Source of the DNA: Deltaproteobacteria bacterium
Lineage (GTDB): Bacteria > JAGRBM01 > JAHCIT01
Direction: 5' to 3'
Length of the DNA: 64,000 bases
Assembly (NCBI GenBank): GCA_026129095.1
Contig: JAHCIT010000004.1
Span: 186,001-250,000 of the forward strand
Within the stretch, counting starts at the first letter, position 1; each line of letters starts with the position of its first letter. This document shows positions 18,154 through 27,146 of this stretch, one piece after another. A program made the position numbers and the translations under genes. The notes under the pieces were generated by a model. The model was given only the letters and a program-made list of their open reading frames with translations, ran no database searches and was not told where the DNA came from.

Positions 18154-19059
18154 CCGGGCGAATGCTTCCCGGTCGGTGAGCAGTCCTTCCCGGCGGTAGT
18201 GCCGGTTGCGATGAGCGTTCGCCGCATCCATCCGCGAAAGCGCGCCCACCAGCGGCACCTTGAGCCGCCACCGGTCATAGTCGAAGTAGGTCGATTCCAT
18301 GATCCGCTGGAAGGCGGCATCGCGGCTGCGGATCAGCTCGATGTCGGTCAGCGCGCAGAGATGGAACAGCAGCCGGTGACACTCAACGAGCCGGTCCCGG
18401 GCCTTCTCGTCATAAAACCTTCCGGTAGTTTCTGCGGAGTGGTGCCGGATCCGGGCCGCTGGACAGTACGTGACCGTCCATCCGCGTTTCCAGGCCCGGA
18501 ATGAAAGCTCGACATCCTCGCCATAGGCGGGACTGAACAGTTCCGAGTACCCGCCGAGAGCCATCCATTTTTCACGCGAACAGGCACTTGCCCCGCCGTG
18601 GGCGTGGGCGACCGGTGCACCGGCCGGCGGTGGCTCGCCGCCACCCAGCACCGGATGGCTGACCCGGAACAGGCCGTCCTCGCCGGTCCAGACCGAGGGG
18701 CTTTCATCGAGCCCGCCCTGCCGCGCATTGAGACTTGCAGCCGTGCGGGCGAACTCCTCCGGCCGCCAGCCAGCGGTGAGCCCGTCGAGCGTCTCCGGCT
18801 CCATGTCGTTGTTGAGAAGGATCACGACGCCGGCGCGGCTCGTTTCCACGCCGGCATTCACCGCCGCGGCATATCCCGCCGGTGCGGGAAGCTGGAGGGT
18901 GCGGATTCCTTCCAGCAGCGGGGCGGCGCCGGGATCGGGACCGTCCAGGACGACGGCGATTCCGGCGCCGATGGCCTCTGCCGCCCGGCGCACTGACGGG
19001 AGGTTCCGCCTGAGAAGGGTGGCCCCGTCACGGGAGGGAATGATGATTTCGGCCGTCAT
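18136..19059 (-). CDS. Glycosyltransferase family 2
   Basis: IIIPS, GYAAAVNAG, LLNND, GGYSELFSPAYGEDVELSFR. Confidence 0.88.
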   Translation of the reverse strand: MTAEIIIPSRDGATLLRRNLPSVRRAAEAIGAGIAVVLDGPDPGAAPLLEGIRTLQLPAPAGYAAAVNAGVETSRAGVVILLNNDMEPETLDGLTAGWRPEEFARTAASLNARQGGLDESPSVWTGEDGLFRVSHPVLGGGEPPPAGAPVAHAHGGASACSREKWMALGGYSELFSPAYGEDVELSFRAWKRGWTVTYCPAARIRHHSAETTGRFYDEKARDRLVECHRLLFHLCALTDIELIRSRDAAFQRIMESTYFDYDRWRLKVPLVGALSRMDAANAHRNRHYRREGLLTDREAFARSGLFL

Positions 19060-19116
19060 GGCCCCCAGTATCGCCGGTTAGGCAGGGCCGGTTCCAGTAA
19101 CTATTGTTGGAAGCAT

Positions 19117-19896
19117 ATGCCCTCCCCGAACGGCAAACTCAGCGGCAAATCCGGCGGCAGGCCCGGCAAGGCCAGGATTGACCGGCTTCTCATGGACCGG
19201 GAACTGGCGTCATCGCTCACGGATGCCCGGGCGCTTCTCATGGCCGGCGAGGTGCTTGTGAACGACGTTCCCGTCACCAAGCCAGGGGCCACCGTCCCGG
19301 CGGACGCGACCGTGCGCCTCCGGTCGGCCCGCTCCCGGTATGTGAGCCGCGGGGGGCTCAAGCTCGAAGGCGCGCTATCGGACCTGAACGTAATGCCCAA
19401 CGGGCTCGTGTGCGCCGACATCGGCGCCTCCACCGGAGGCTTTACCGACTGCCTGCTCCAGCATGGCGCGGCGAGGGTTCATGCGGTGGATGTCGGGCAG
19501 GCACTTATCGCCGAAAAGCTCCGGCAGGATCCACGCGTCATCCTGCACGAAAAGCTGAACGCCCGGTTCCTGAAACCCGAAGACCTCGGCGAGCCGGTAG
19601 AGCTCGCCGTCGCCGACTGCTCGTTTGTTTCGCTCACGCTGCTCCTGCCGGCGATCCGGACGGTACTCGCGCCGGGCGGGACACTGCTGGCACTGGTGAA
19701 GCCGCAGTTCGAGGCGGCCCGCGGGGAGGTCGAAAAAGGCGGGATCGTCCGGGATCCTGCGATCCAGTTCGCGGCGGTGGAGAAAATCGGGGCGGCCGCC
19801 GAAGTCCTCGGGTTCCGGGGTGCCGGCAGCGCGCCGAGCCGCCTAGCCGGTGCCGATGGCAACCAGGAGTATTTCCTCAAGCTCGTGGCGGAATGA
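19117..19896 (+). CDS. tlyA: TlyA-family rRNA (cytidine-2'-O)-methyltransferase
   Basis: S4 domain, YVSRGGLKL, DIGASTGGFTD, LVKPQFEA, GADGNQEY. Confidence 0.95.
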   Translation: MPSPNGKLSGKSGGRPGKARIDRLLMDRELASSLTDARALLMAGEVLVNDVPVTKPGATVPADATVRLRSARSRYVSRGGLKLEGALSDLNVMPNGLVCADIGASTGGFTDCLLQHGAARVHAVDVGQALIAEKLRQDPRVILHEKLNARFLKPEDLGEPVELAVADCSFVSLTLLLPAIRTVLAPGGTLLALVKPQFEAARGEVEKGGIVRDPAIQFAAVEKIGAAAEVLGFRGAGSAPSRLAGADGNQEYFLKLVAE

Positions 19897-19903
19897 CCGG
19901 ATT

Positions 19904-21130
19904 TCAGGCCGACAGATGACCATCGTCGAACAGGACCTGGTTGAACTGGAGCAGCCCCTCGGCGTCGAAGATGTCCCGGTCGAAGAACGGAACCTGGATG
20001 AAGAACTCCTTCGGGTCGCGGACCTTCTGGATCAGTTCCAGGTTCTTCTGCTCCCCGGCAGCGAGGATTTCCATGTTGGCATAGGTGTCGAGCAGGTCGC
20101 CCATCAGGTCGCGGGCCTTCCCGCCATAGGGCTTGAGGCCGCTGATCTCCGGCACGCGGTCCAGCAGTGCCTTCCGGTCAGCGGGGTTTTCGACCCAGGC
20201 GAGCTTGAGCGGGTCGATCTCCACTCCCGGCGGCAGGAAGTTGTTGTGGACACGGTTGATGATGAAACCGCCGAAGGGCATCTGCGCCTCACGGAGACGG
20301 TCGTAGAAGTAGCGCGTTTCGGTGAGCGTGAGCTTTGAGGGACTCGTTACGAGCAGAAACGAGGTCGTGGGCTGCCGCAGGAGGGCATCCACGCCGTAGG
20401 CGCGCCCCTTGAACCCCTGATAGTAGCCCTCGAACGATCCGACGAACTCGCTGATGTCGCGCAGTATCTCGCCTCCGATGATCATCTCCAGCACCTTGAA
20501 AACGGCGGTGGTGCCGAACTTCAGCATCCGCATGCCCACGCCGGGACGGCCGCCCTCTTCGGTATAGGGTTTCAGGAATGCGTTCACGAAGGTGCCGTCC
20601 TCCAGGAAGCTGAACAGCTTCCTGGGCGCTTCCAGGAAATCGAGCGCGTGCTTGGTGGGCGGCGTATCGAGCACCACCAGGTCGTAGTCCCCCTGCTGGT
20701 GCAGGTAATAGAGGCGTTCCATCGCCATGAACTCGCCCGCACCGACGAGGTGGTTCGACAGGTAGTTGTACAGACGGTTGCCGAGAATCTTGTCCCTGGA
20801 GCCGGAATCGGGCGCATAGCGGCGGACCACGTCGTCCCACTCCCGCTTCGTATCGAGCATCATGGCCGACAGGCTGCCCTTGAACTCGATACCAGCCGCC
20901 TCGAACTTCTCGCGCGGGACCTCCTTGATGGAGTTTTCCAGCACGTCAATGCCAAGCGCATTCGCCAGACGGCGGGCCGGATCAATGGTAAGAACCAGCA
21001 CCTTGCGGCCCTCGATCGCCGCCCGGAGCCCGACCGAGGCCGCGACGGTGGTCTTGCCCACGCCGCCCGATCCGCAGCAGATGACCACGTTCTTCTCCCG
21101 GACGTGGCTGGCAAGGCGGCCCGGCTTCAT
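19904..21130 (-). CDS. ArsA/Get3-family ATPase
   Basis: GSGGVGKTT, TIDPARRLA, LDTPPTKHALDFL. Confidence 0.9.
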   Translation of the reverse strand: MKPGRLASHVREKNVVICCGSGGVGKTTVAASVGLRAAIEGRKVLVLTIDPARRLANALGIDVLENSIKEVPREKFEAAGIEFKGSLSAMMLDTKREWDDVVRRYAPDSGSRDKILGNRLYNYLSNHLVGAGEFMAMERLYYLHQQGDYDLVVLDTPPTKHALDFLEAPRKLFSFLEDGTFVNAFLKPYTEEGGRPGVGMRMLKFGTTAVFKVLEMIIGGEILRDISEFVGSFEGYYQGFKGRAYGVDALLRQPTTSFLLVTSPSKLTLTETRYFYDRLREAQMPFGGFIINRVHNNFLPPGVEIDPLKLAWVENPADRKALLDRVPEISGLKPYGGKARDLMGDLLDTYANMEILAAGEQKNLELIQKVRDPKEFFIQVPFFDRDIFDAEGLLQFNQVLFDDGHLSA

Positions 21131-22122
21131 GACGGCGCCTCCATGTCCTTCAGCCGCTTCTCCAGTTCATGCGAGAGGAACTCGATCGTCGTCTTGTCGT
21201 AGGTGCGCGAATAGATATACGGCAGTTCCAGCGTCGCCCTCGAGAGTTTCCGGTAGGCATCCACGTACTGCCGGTTCAGGTCGGCGCGTATCTGCTGGCT
21301 GGCCGCGCTCGACAGGACCGACCGGGCCAGATCGGGACCGCCCACCAGTTCGGCGACGCCCTTCACTCCTTCGGTCGAATCGTTGATCTCCTGCAGAAGG
21401 CCGGTGAGTTCCGGGCGCACGGCCGGAGGATGCACCGCATTCACGGCCAGCATCCCGCGCGGGAGCCGGATCTCGCCGTCCATCTTCGCAAGCAGCTCGA
21501 CCGTCTCGTTATAGGGCATTTCCTCGGCCAGCGTGACCACGTGATAGAGCGCCCTGCCCGGCTGAGTGAAGTAGTCGGCCATGAGGCCGGCGTGCTTGGC
21601 GAGGGGCCCCACCCGGACCGCATTCTGCGTCTGGCGCGGCAGTGCCCACAGGGCGAGGCCGTGCCCGGTGGCCGGAGAGTCGATGATGAACACGTCGTAC
21701 TTCGGGCGGCGGCCTTCCATCTGCTGCCCCATGTCCCATATCTTGCCCAGCACGACAAATTCGCGGAAACCCGGCATCCCCTTCACCCAGTGGCGCAGGA
21801 AGCCCCGGTTGAAGATCGCGTCATAGACCGTCTTGAGCCTGACAAACCGCAGGACATATTCTTCCATCGAGGAGTCTGGATCGACGTTCTTGGCAAACAG
21901 GTTGGGAAAGACCTCGACTTCGCGGTATCCGATGGGCGGCACCTGGAAGAGCTGGCTCATGCGTTCCTTCACATCGGTTTCGATAATGACGGTGCGCTTC
22001 CCGTGCCGGGCGAGCACCAGACCGAGCGCTGCAGACAGGCTCGACTTGCCCACGCCGCCCTTGCCGGTCATGACCTGAAACGGGTGGGCAAGGATCCAGT
22101 CGAGGTAGCTCTGATTTGCCAT
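21127..22122 (-). CDS. ArsA/Get3-family ATPase
   Basis: TGKGGVGKS, DSPATGH, VTLAEEMP; ATGA overlap with the partner gene. Confidence 0.9.
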   Translation of the reverse strand: MANQSYLDWILAHPFQVMTGKGGVGKSSLSAALGLVLARHGKRTVIIETDVKERMSQLFQVPPIGYREVEVFPNLFAKNVDPDSSMEEYVLRFVRLKTVYDAIFNRGFLRHWVKGMPGFREFVVLGKIWDMGQQMEGRRPKYDVFIIDSPATGHGLALWALPRQTQNAVRVGPLAKHAGLMADYFTQPGRALYHVVTLAEEMPYNETVELLAKMDGEIRLPRGMLAVNAVHPPAVRPELTGLLQEINDSTEGVKGVAELVGGPDLARSVLSSAASQQIRADLNRQYVDAYRKLSRATLELPYIYSRTYDKTTIEFLSHELEKRLKDMEAPS

Positions 22123-22221
22123 TCGGATGGTGATGCCAGAAAATCCTGATATTTCAGCAGGTTAGCAGGCTGACGCCGGGCTCACCCGCGGGAACGGGGA
22201 GCCTAAATGTGAAGGGAACCG

Positions 22222-22671
22222 GTGTCAAACGAGTTGGTCCATAATCCTTCAGAAACTCCTGAAATGAGGCCCGGAGCCGCACTGGCCGCCGTCGCCTTCG
22301 TTCTGGCGGTTGTGGCGGGCCTTGTGTGGGTGGCGTTCCGGGGCGAGCGCAACCTCGATGCGGCCCTCCGCCGGTGCGACCACCGGTACGCGGCGGCCCT
22401 GATTGACCGCGCCCCGCTCGGTCCGGTGAATGACTGTTACCAGGAGGTGTTCCGGCTGCGTCCCTGGAACCGGCAGACGGCCTTCCGGCTCCAGTCCATT
22501 GCCGATCTGGAACGGGAACGCGCCGGGCTCGCGCCGGAACAGGGTCCGCTCGCCGCGCTGGCGGCTGGCGATCTGGCCGCGTGTGACCGCATCGAAACCG
22601 ATCCGAAACTCCAGACCCCGGCGATCCGCTCCGCCTGGCTGCGGCTGTGCCTGGAGTTGCGGCAAAATTAA
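22222..22671 (+). CDS. Hypothetical membrane-anchored helical protein (start may be 22264)
   Basis: N-terminal TM segment; fills the gap between divergent genes. Confidence 0.45.
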   Translation: MSNELVHNPSETPEMRPGAALAAVAFVLAVVAGLVWVAFRGERNLDAALRRCDHRYAAALIDRAPLGPVNDCYQEVFRLRPWNRQTAFRLQSIADLERERAGLAPEQGPLAALAAGDLAACDRIETDPKLQTPAIRSAWLRLCLELRQN

Positions 22672-22739
22672 ACCGTGCGGGACCGGGTAATTTTGGCTAT
22701 AATATCAGCCGCTTATGTAATTGGGTGGTATTTCGGGTA

Positions 22740-23699
22740 ATGTCGCGCACCTGCCTCATCGTCGACGATTCGGAATCGATCCGGAACCTGGTGAACAGGA
22801 TACTGATCGAGGAGCGGGTCTTTGACACCTGCCTGCTGGCCGCCGACGGCATCGAGGGGTTCAAGCTGCTGCTCAAGCACAAGCCGGACCTCGTGCTCTG
22901 CGACGTGGTGATGCCCGATCTGGACGGCTTCAAGTTCCTGGAACTGAAGAACGCGAAACCCGAACTGGCGAAGACGCCCGTCATCATGCTCACGAGCCAG
23001 GAGCAGGTCGGCATCAAGGTAAAAGCCCTCGAAGCCGGCGCGTCGGACTACCTCACCAAGCCGTTCGAGGCGAAGGAACTGGTTGCCCGCGCGCGGGTTC
23101 ACCTCAAGATCAAGACGCTCCAGGACGAACTGGAGCGGCAGAACGCCGAGCTCGAGAAGCTGTCGAACACCGACTATCTGACCCGCATCAACAACCGGCG
23201 GCACTTCGTGGAACTGACCGAACTCGAATTCGCCAGGGCTGAACGGTACAACTCGTCCCTGTCGTACCTGATGATCGACATCGACCACTTCAAGCAGGTG
23301 AACGACACCTGGGGCCACCATGCCGGCGATGCCGTGCTGGTTGAGGTGGCAAAAGTGCTGAACGGCGGCCTGCGGGCCATCGACATCGTGGGGCGGTACG
23401 GCGGCGAGGAGTTCGGCCTCCTGCTCCCCGGAACCGACGAGGAAGGTGCGGCAATCGTGGCCGAACGGAACCGGGCCCGCGTGGAAAAACTCCGCATCGC
23501 GGTGCCTGACTCCGGCAAGGAGATCAGTGTGACGATATCCGTCGGCGGGGCGACCTACCCCCGGCCGGACATCAAGACCTACGAGGACCTGACGCGCGTG
23601 GCCGACATGGCCCTGTACGAATCGAAGAGCGCGGGCCGGAACCGCGTCACCTGGTCACATCACCGCGGGCTGGAACTGGTCCACAAGAAGGACGATTAG
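22740..23699 (+). CDS. Response-regulator diguanylate cyclase (REC-GGDEF)
   Basis: IVDDS, CDVVMP, DIDHFK, RYGGEEF with RAID I-site; TATAAT at 22698-22703 upstream. Confidence 0.95.
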   Translation: MSRTCLIVDDSESIRNLVNRILIEERVFDTCLLAADGIEGFKLLLKHKPDLVLCDVVMPDLDGFKFLELKNAKPELAKTPVIMLTSQEQVGIKVKALEAGASDYLTKPFEAKELVARARVHLKIKTLQDELERQNAELEKLSNTDYLTRINNRRHFVELTELEFARAERYNSSLSYLMIDIDHFKQVNDTWGHHAGDAVLVEVAKVLNGGLRAIDIVGRYGGEEFGLLLPGTDEEGAAIVAERNRARVEKLRIAVPDSGKEISVTISVGGATYPRPDIKTYEDLTRVADMALYESKSAGRNRVTWSHHRGLELVHKKDD

Positions 23700-25387
23700 G
23701 AACCCGCTGTCGTCCGCTCCCGCCCGATCCTGACCGGAGCGGGCACGGACTGGTGGCGGAACTGGCGGATCACGTCGAGCAGGCGCTCGCGGGTAAACGG
23801 CTTCACCAGAACGGCGCGGCAACCGGCCTCCAGCGCACGGGCGTGCTCTGCCGTATCGCTCACGGCGGTCACGGCCACCACCGGCACGGTCCGGGTCCGC
23901 TCGTCTTTTCCCAGTTCACGGGCGACCTCGATGCCGCCGATGTCGGGCAGCTTGAGATCGAGGAGCACGATATCCGGCGGAGAGGCCTGGGCCTCCGCGA
24001 TCCCGCTCCGGCCATTGGCTGCATGGCGGAATACCCCGCCTCCCGACTCGACAAACTGCTGCATGACCCGGGCGGTTGCTTCGTCATCCTCGATCGCCAG
24101 CACCTGTCCGATGGTCCGCTCGGTACGGATCGACCGCGTGCTGGCCGGTATGCGAACCAGGAATACGCTCCCCTTGCCCGCCTCCGTCTGGACCGTGATC
24201 GATCCGCTGTTCAGCTCCACCAGACGCTTGGCCAGCGGCAGGCCGAGGCCCAGCCCCCCGTGCTCACGGGTCGAACCGGAATCGATCTGGTGGAAATCGA
24301 CGAAAATCTCCGGTACCTGGTCGAATGACATGCCCGGTCCCTCGTCGCGCACCTCGACGTAGGTGGACGCCACGCCCTGTCCCGCCAGCGCGAGAAACTG
24401 GTTGCCCGAGGTGTCGGGTTCGCCTTCGGAATAGACGCGGACCCGCACCGTCCGGCCGGACGGCGAGAACTTGATGGCATTCTGGATCAGGTCGTCGATC
24501 ACCAGTCCCACCTTGTCCCTGTCGGCATCGACCGGGAGCGTCGCCTCCGGAGCCTCCACGGTCACCCGGACGTTTTTCTCGGCGCTGTAGGGGGCCAGGT
24601 TCTGCACCGTCTCGGCTACCAGTGCAGGCATGTCGAACACGGTCTTGAGCAGGTTCTGGCGGCGCGACTCGATCTCCGAAAAGGCCAGCACCCGGTTGAT
24701 GAGCCGGATCAGGTGGCTCGACTTGTCGTGAATCTGGTTGATGCACTCCAGGTGGTCCGGGTCGAACTTCTCCTTCTCGGCCAGCAGGAGTTCGGTAAAG
24801 CCCAGAACGGCCGTCAGCGGCGTCCTCAGTTCATGGTTTACGTTGGCCACGAAATCGCTTTTCAGCTGGTCCAGGTGTTCCAGCCGCCGCTGGGCCTCGA
24901 CGAGCTGCGCGTAGTTCTTCTCCAGCTGGCGATAGTTCTCCTCGGTCGTCTCGATGTGCATCTGGCTGGTGAGGAACACCCGGAACCGGCTGTCGAGCAT
25001 GCCCTCGATCAGGCCCAGCACGAGCATGTCATCGGCCGACGCGCCGTTGCGCGACTTTTTGAGCGGGCGGTAGCCGAACAGCCCCATGATCTCTCCGGCA
25101 CACCGGACCGGCCGGAAGGTATAAGACTGGCGATCGGCAGAAAACCTGTATATCCGGCGGTCGCCCGTGAAACCGATCGCCTCGATGGCGCTCTGGATCG
25201 TTTCCAGCTGGCGGCGGGCCGTAACGCGCTTGCCGGAGTCGTACACCACCGGATTGCTGACCGATCCGGGTGCCGCGAGGATCATCACGGCCTCCAGCCG
25301 GCGGGACAGCGGCTGGAACACCAGTTTCAGGTCCGCTTCCGAGAGCAGTTCCATCAGCGGCGGAGGCGTATGCAGGGATATCCTCAT
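23696..25387 (-). CDS. Hybrid cytoplasmic histidine kinase with C-terminal receiver
   Basis: NHELRTPL, NAIKF, DEGPG, GLGLGL, IEDDE...LDLKLP; no TM segment. Confidence 0.92.
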   Translation of the reverse strand: MRISLHTPPPLMELLSEADLKLVFQPLSRRLEAVMILAAPGSVSNPVVYDSGKRVTARRQLETIQSAIEAIGFTGDRRIYRFSADRQSYTFRPVRCAGEIMGLFGYRPLKKSRNGASADDMLVLGLIEGMLDSRFRVFLTSQMHIETTEENYRQLEKNYAQLVEAQRRLEHLDQLKSDFVANVNHELRTPLTAVLGFTELLLAEKEKFDPDHLECINQIHDKSSHLIRLINRVLAFSEIESRRQNLLKTVFDMPALVAETVQNLAPYSAEKNVRVTVEAPEATLPVDADRDKVGLVIDDLIQNAIKFSPSGRTVRVRVYSEGEPDTSGNQFLALAGQGVASTYVEVRDEGPGMSFDQVPEIFVDFHQIDSGSTREHGGLGLGLPLAKRLVELNSGSITVQTEAGKGSVFLVRIPASTRSIRTERTIGQVLAIEDDEATARVMQQFVESGGGVFRHAANGRSGIAEAQASPPDIVLLDLKLPDIGGIEVARELGKDERTRTVPVVAVTAVSDTAEHARALEAGCRAVLVKPFTRERLLDVIRQFRHQSVPAPVRIGRERTTAGS

Positions 25388-26061
25388 TTCGTCACCTCCC
25401 CGGAGGGACGGCGGAAGTTGCTCCGCACTGCCGACATGAACTCCTCCTCGGTCAGTCCGTACTTGCGCGAAAACTCGTACCGCGCCTCCAGGCTCTGGAA
25501 CAGGCGGCGGACCAGTGCGTCCAGTGTGGGAATGACGCCCTTGCCCTCGATTGCCGAGGCCATGAACACGGGGATGCCGGTCTGGCCCCAGGTCTTCTGG
25601 ATCAGCTCGGATGGCACCGCATTGGGAAGATCCCGCTTGTTGAACTGGATCGCAAACGGCATGTCCTCCAGGGACATGCCCAGTTCCTTCAGGTTCTCCT
25701 TCAGGTTCAGATAGCTGCTGGCGTTTTCCTTCTCGAGTTCCTTCTGGCTGTCGGCGATGAACGCCACCGCGTCGGTGCCCTTGAGCACCGCCCGCCGGGT
25801 CGTGTTGTGCTGGACCTGCCCTGGCACGGTAAACAGCTTGAGCTTCACCTTGAACCCGGCGCCCGTGCCTATCTCCATCGGGAGCAGGTCGAAAAAAAGC
25901 GTCCGGTCGCCTTCGGTGTCCAGCTTCATCAGCTCGCCGCGGCTTCTGGAACTCGCCGCCTTGTGGATCACCTGGAGATTGGTCGTCTTCCCGCTCAGGG
26001 CCGGTCCGTAGTAGACCAGCTTGAAGGTGATTTCCTTACGGGAAATATTGAACTCTGCCAC
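25384..26061 (-). CDS. MglA-family small GTPase, SofG-like
   Basis: KLVYYGPALSGKTTNL, DRTLFFDLLP, LFTVPGQV, FNKRDL, C-terminal GLTEEEF extension. Confidence 0.88.
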   Translation of the reverse strand: MAEFNISRKEITFKLVYYGPALSGKTTNLQVIHKAASSRSRGELMKLDTEGDRTLFFDLLPMEIGTGAGFKVKLKLFTVPGQVQHNTTRRAVLKGTDAVAFIADSQKELEKENASSYLNLKENLKELGMSLEDMPFAIQFNKRDLPNAVPSELIQKTWGQTGIPVFMASAIEGKGVIPTLDALVRRLFQSLEARYEFSRKYGLTEEEFMSAVRSNFRRPSGEVTK

Positions 26062-26072
26062 AGTAAGTCCGC

Positions 26073-27119
26073 TTACCCGCGCCAGACGGACCTGCGCTCG
26101 CGCAGGACGTCATGCACCATCTTCTGGATGCGCTGCCTGAGCGCCTCGTTCAGCTGGTTGATCCGGATTTCGTCGCCGGGGTCGGCGCCCGCTTTCCGGT
26201 CAGGCCTGATGGGTTCTCCGAAACGGACGTACCACTTGGAGGGAAGCGGAACAAGTCCGCCCGGTCCAAGCCAGGGGAAAGTCGGCGTGATCGGAAACAC
26301 CGGAAGGCCAAGCCACTTGGCCAACAGATCGGACTTGGCCAGCACCGGGTGGGTTTCCTCGCCACCGACGATGGCCGCAGGAATGATCGGACTCTGCGTG
26401 GCGATGGCGAGGCGTACCGTTCCGGCACGGCCGAACCGCTGGATCCGGTACCGGTCCCTGAACATTTTGGCCGCTCCCCGTGCACCTTCGGGGAAAACCG
26501 CCACCAGCTTCTCCTCGCGGAGCATCCGCTCGGCGTTCCGCCGGTCGGCGCGGGCGATCCCGGCCCGGCGCAGGAAGCCGGAGAGATAAGGCAGGGCGTA
26601 GGCAAAATCCTCGATCAGCGGGCGCAGGTCGCGCTGATTGGGGTGCTCGATCTGCACCGCCTCGCGGAGAATCACCGCATCCCAGGGAAGCAGGCCGCTG
26701 TGGTTGGCGACGATAAGCGCACGCCCCTCGGCCGGGATATTCTCGATACCGGATGTCTCCACCCTCCAGTAGGTGTCGTACAGGTACCGGATCCGGGGCT
26801 GGATCTCCTGCCAGTAAACGGCGTCGTAGCCGAAATCGTCCACGTCGGCACCGCGGGCCCGGAGCGATTTCCTCAGATGCCGGAGCCGCTCCCGCGACCG
26901 GCGGCCCGCCGCCATGTCGCGGAAGAAATCCATAAAACCCTTTTCGACGACCTCGCCCGGCTGCTCCTCGGCGGCGGAATCGAGCCGCTCGCGTGCCTCC
27001 CGGATCTTGCGCTCCATCTCGGCGCGGACCAGCGGGTCCTTCACGCCCTTGATGAGCGGTGCGAGCTCGCGCTCGATGCGGGCAGCCGCCTGGACGGGAT
27101 GTTCAATTGGACGGGCCAA
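26073..27119 (-). CDS. Lysophospholipid acyltransferase family protein
   Basis: DDFGYD, ANHSGLLPWD, VFPEG, IVGGEE. Confidence 0.9.
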   Translation of the reverse strand: MARPIEHPVQAAARIERELAPLIKGVKDPLVRAEMERKIREARERLDSAAEEQPGEVVEKGFMDFFRDMAAGRRSRERLRHLRKSLRARGADVDDFGYDAVYWQEIQPRIRYLYDTYWRVETSGIENIPAEGRALIVANHSGLLPWDAVILREAVQIEHPNQRDLRPLIEDFAYALPYLSGFLRRAGIARADRRNAERMLREEKLVAVFPEGARGAAKMFRDRYRIQRFGRAGTVRLAIATQSPIIPAAIVGGEETHPVLAKSDLLAKWLGLPVFPITPTFPWLGPGGLVPLPSKWYVRFGEPIRPDRKAGADPGDEIRINQLNEALRQRIQKMVHDVLRERRSVWRG

Positions 27120-27146
27120 GTGGGATTACCCCCCGGGTGCGGCCCA

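Noticed and set aside
19904-22122. Arsenic resistance operon
   Set aside because: No arsB/acr3, arsC, arsR or arsD; the pair has the architecture of the non-arsenic Get3-like group.
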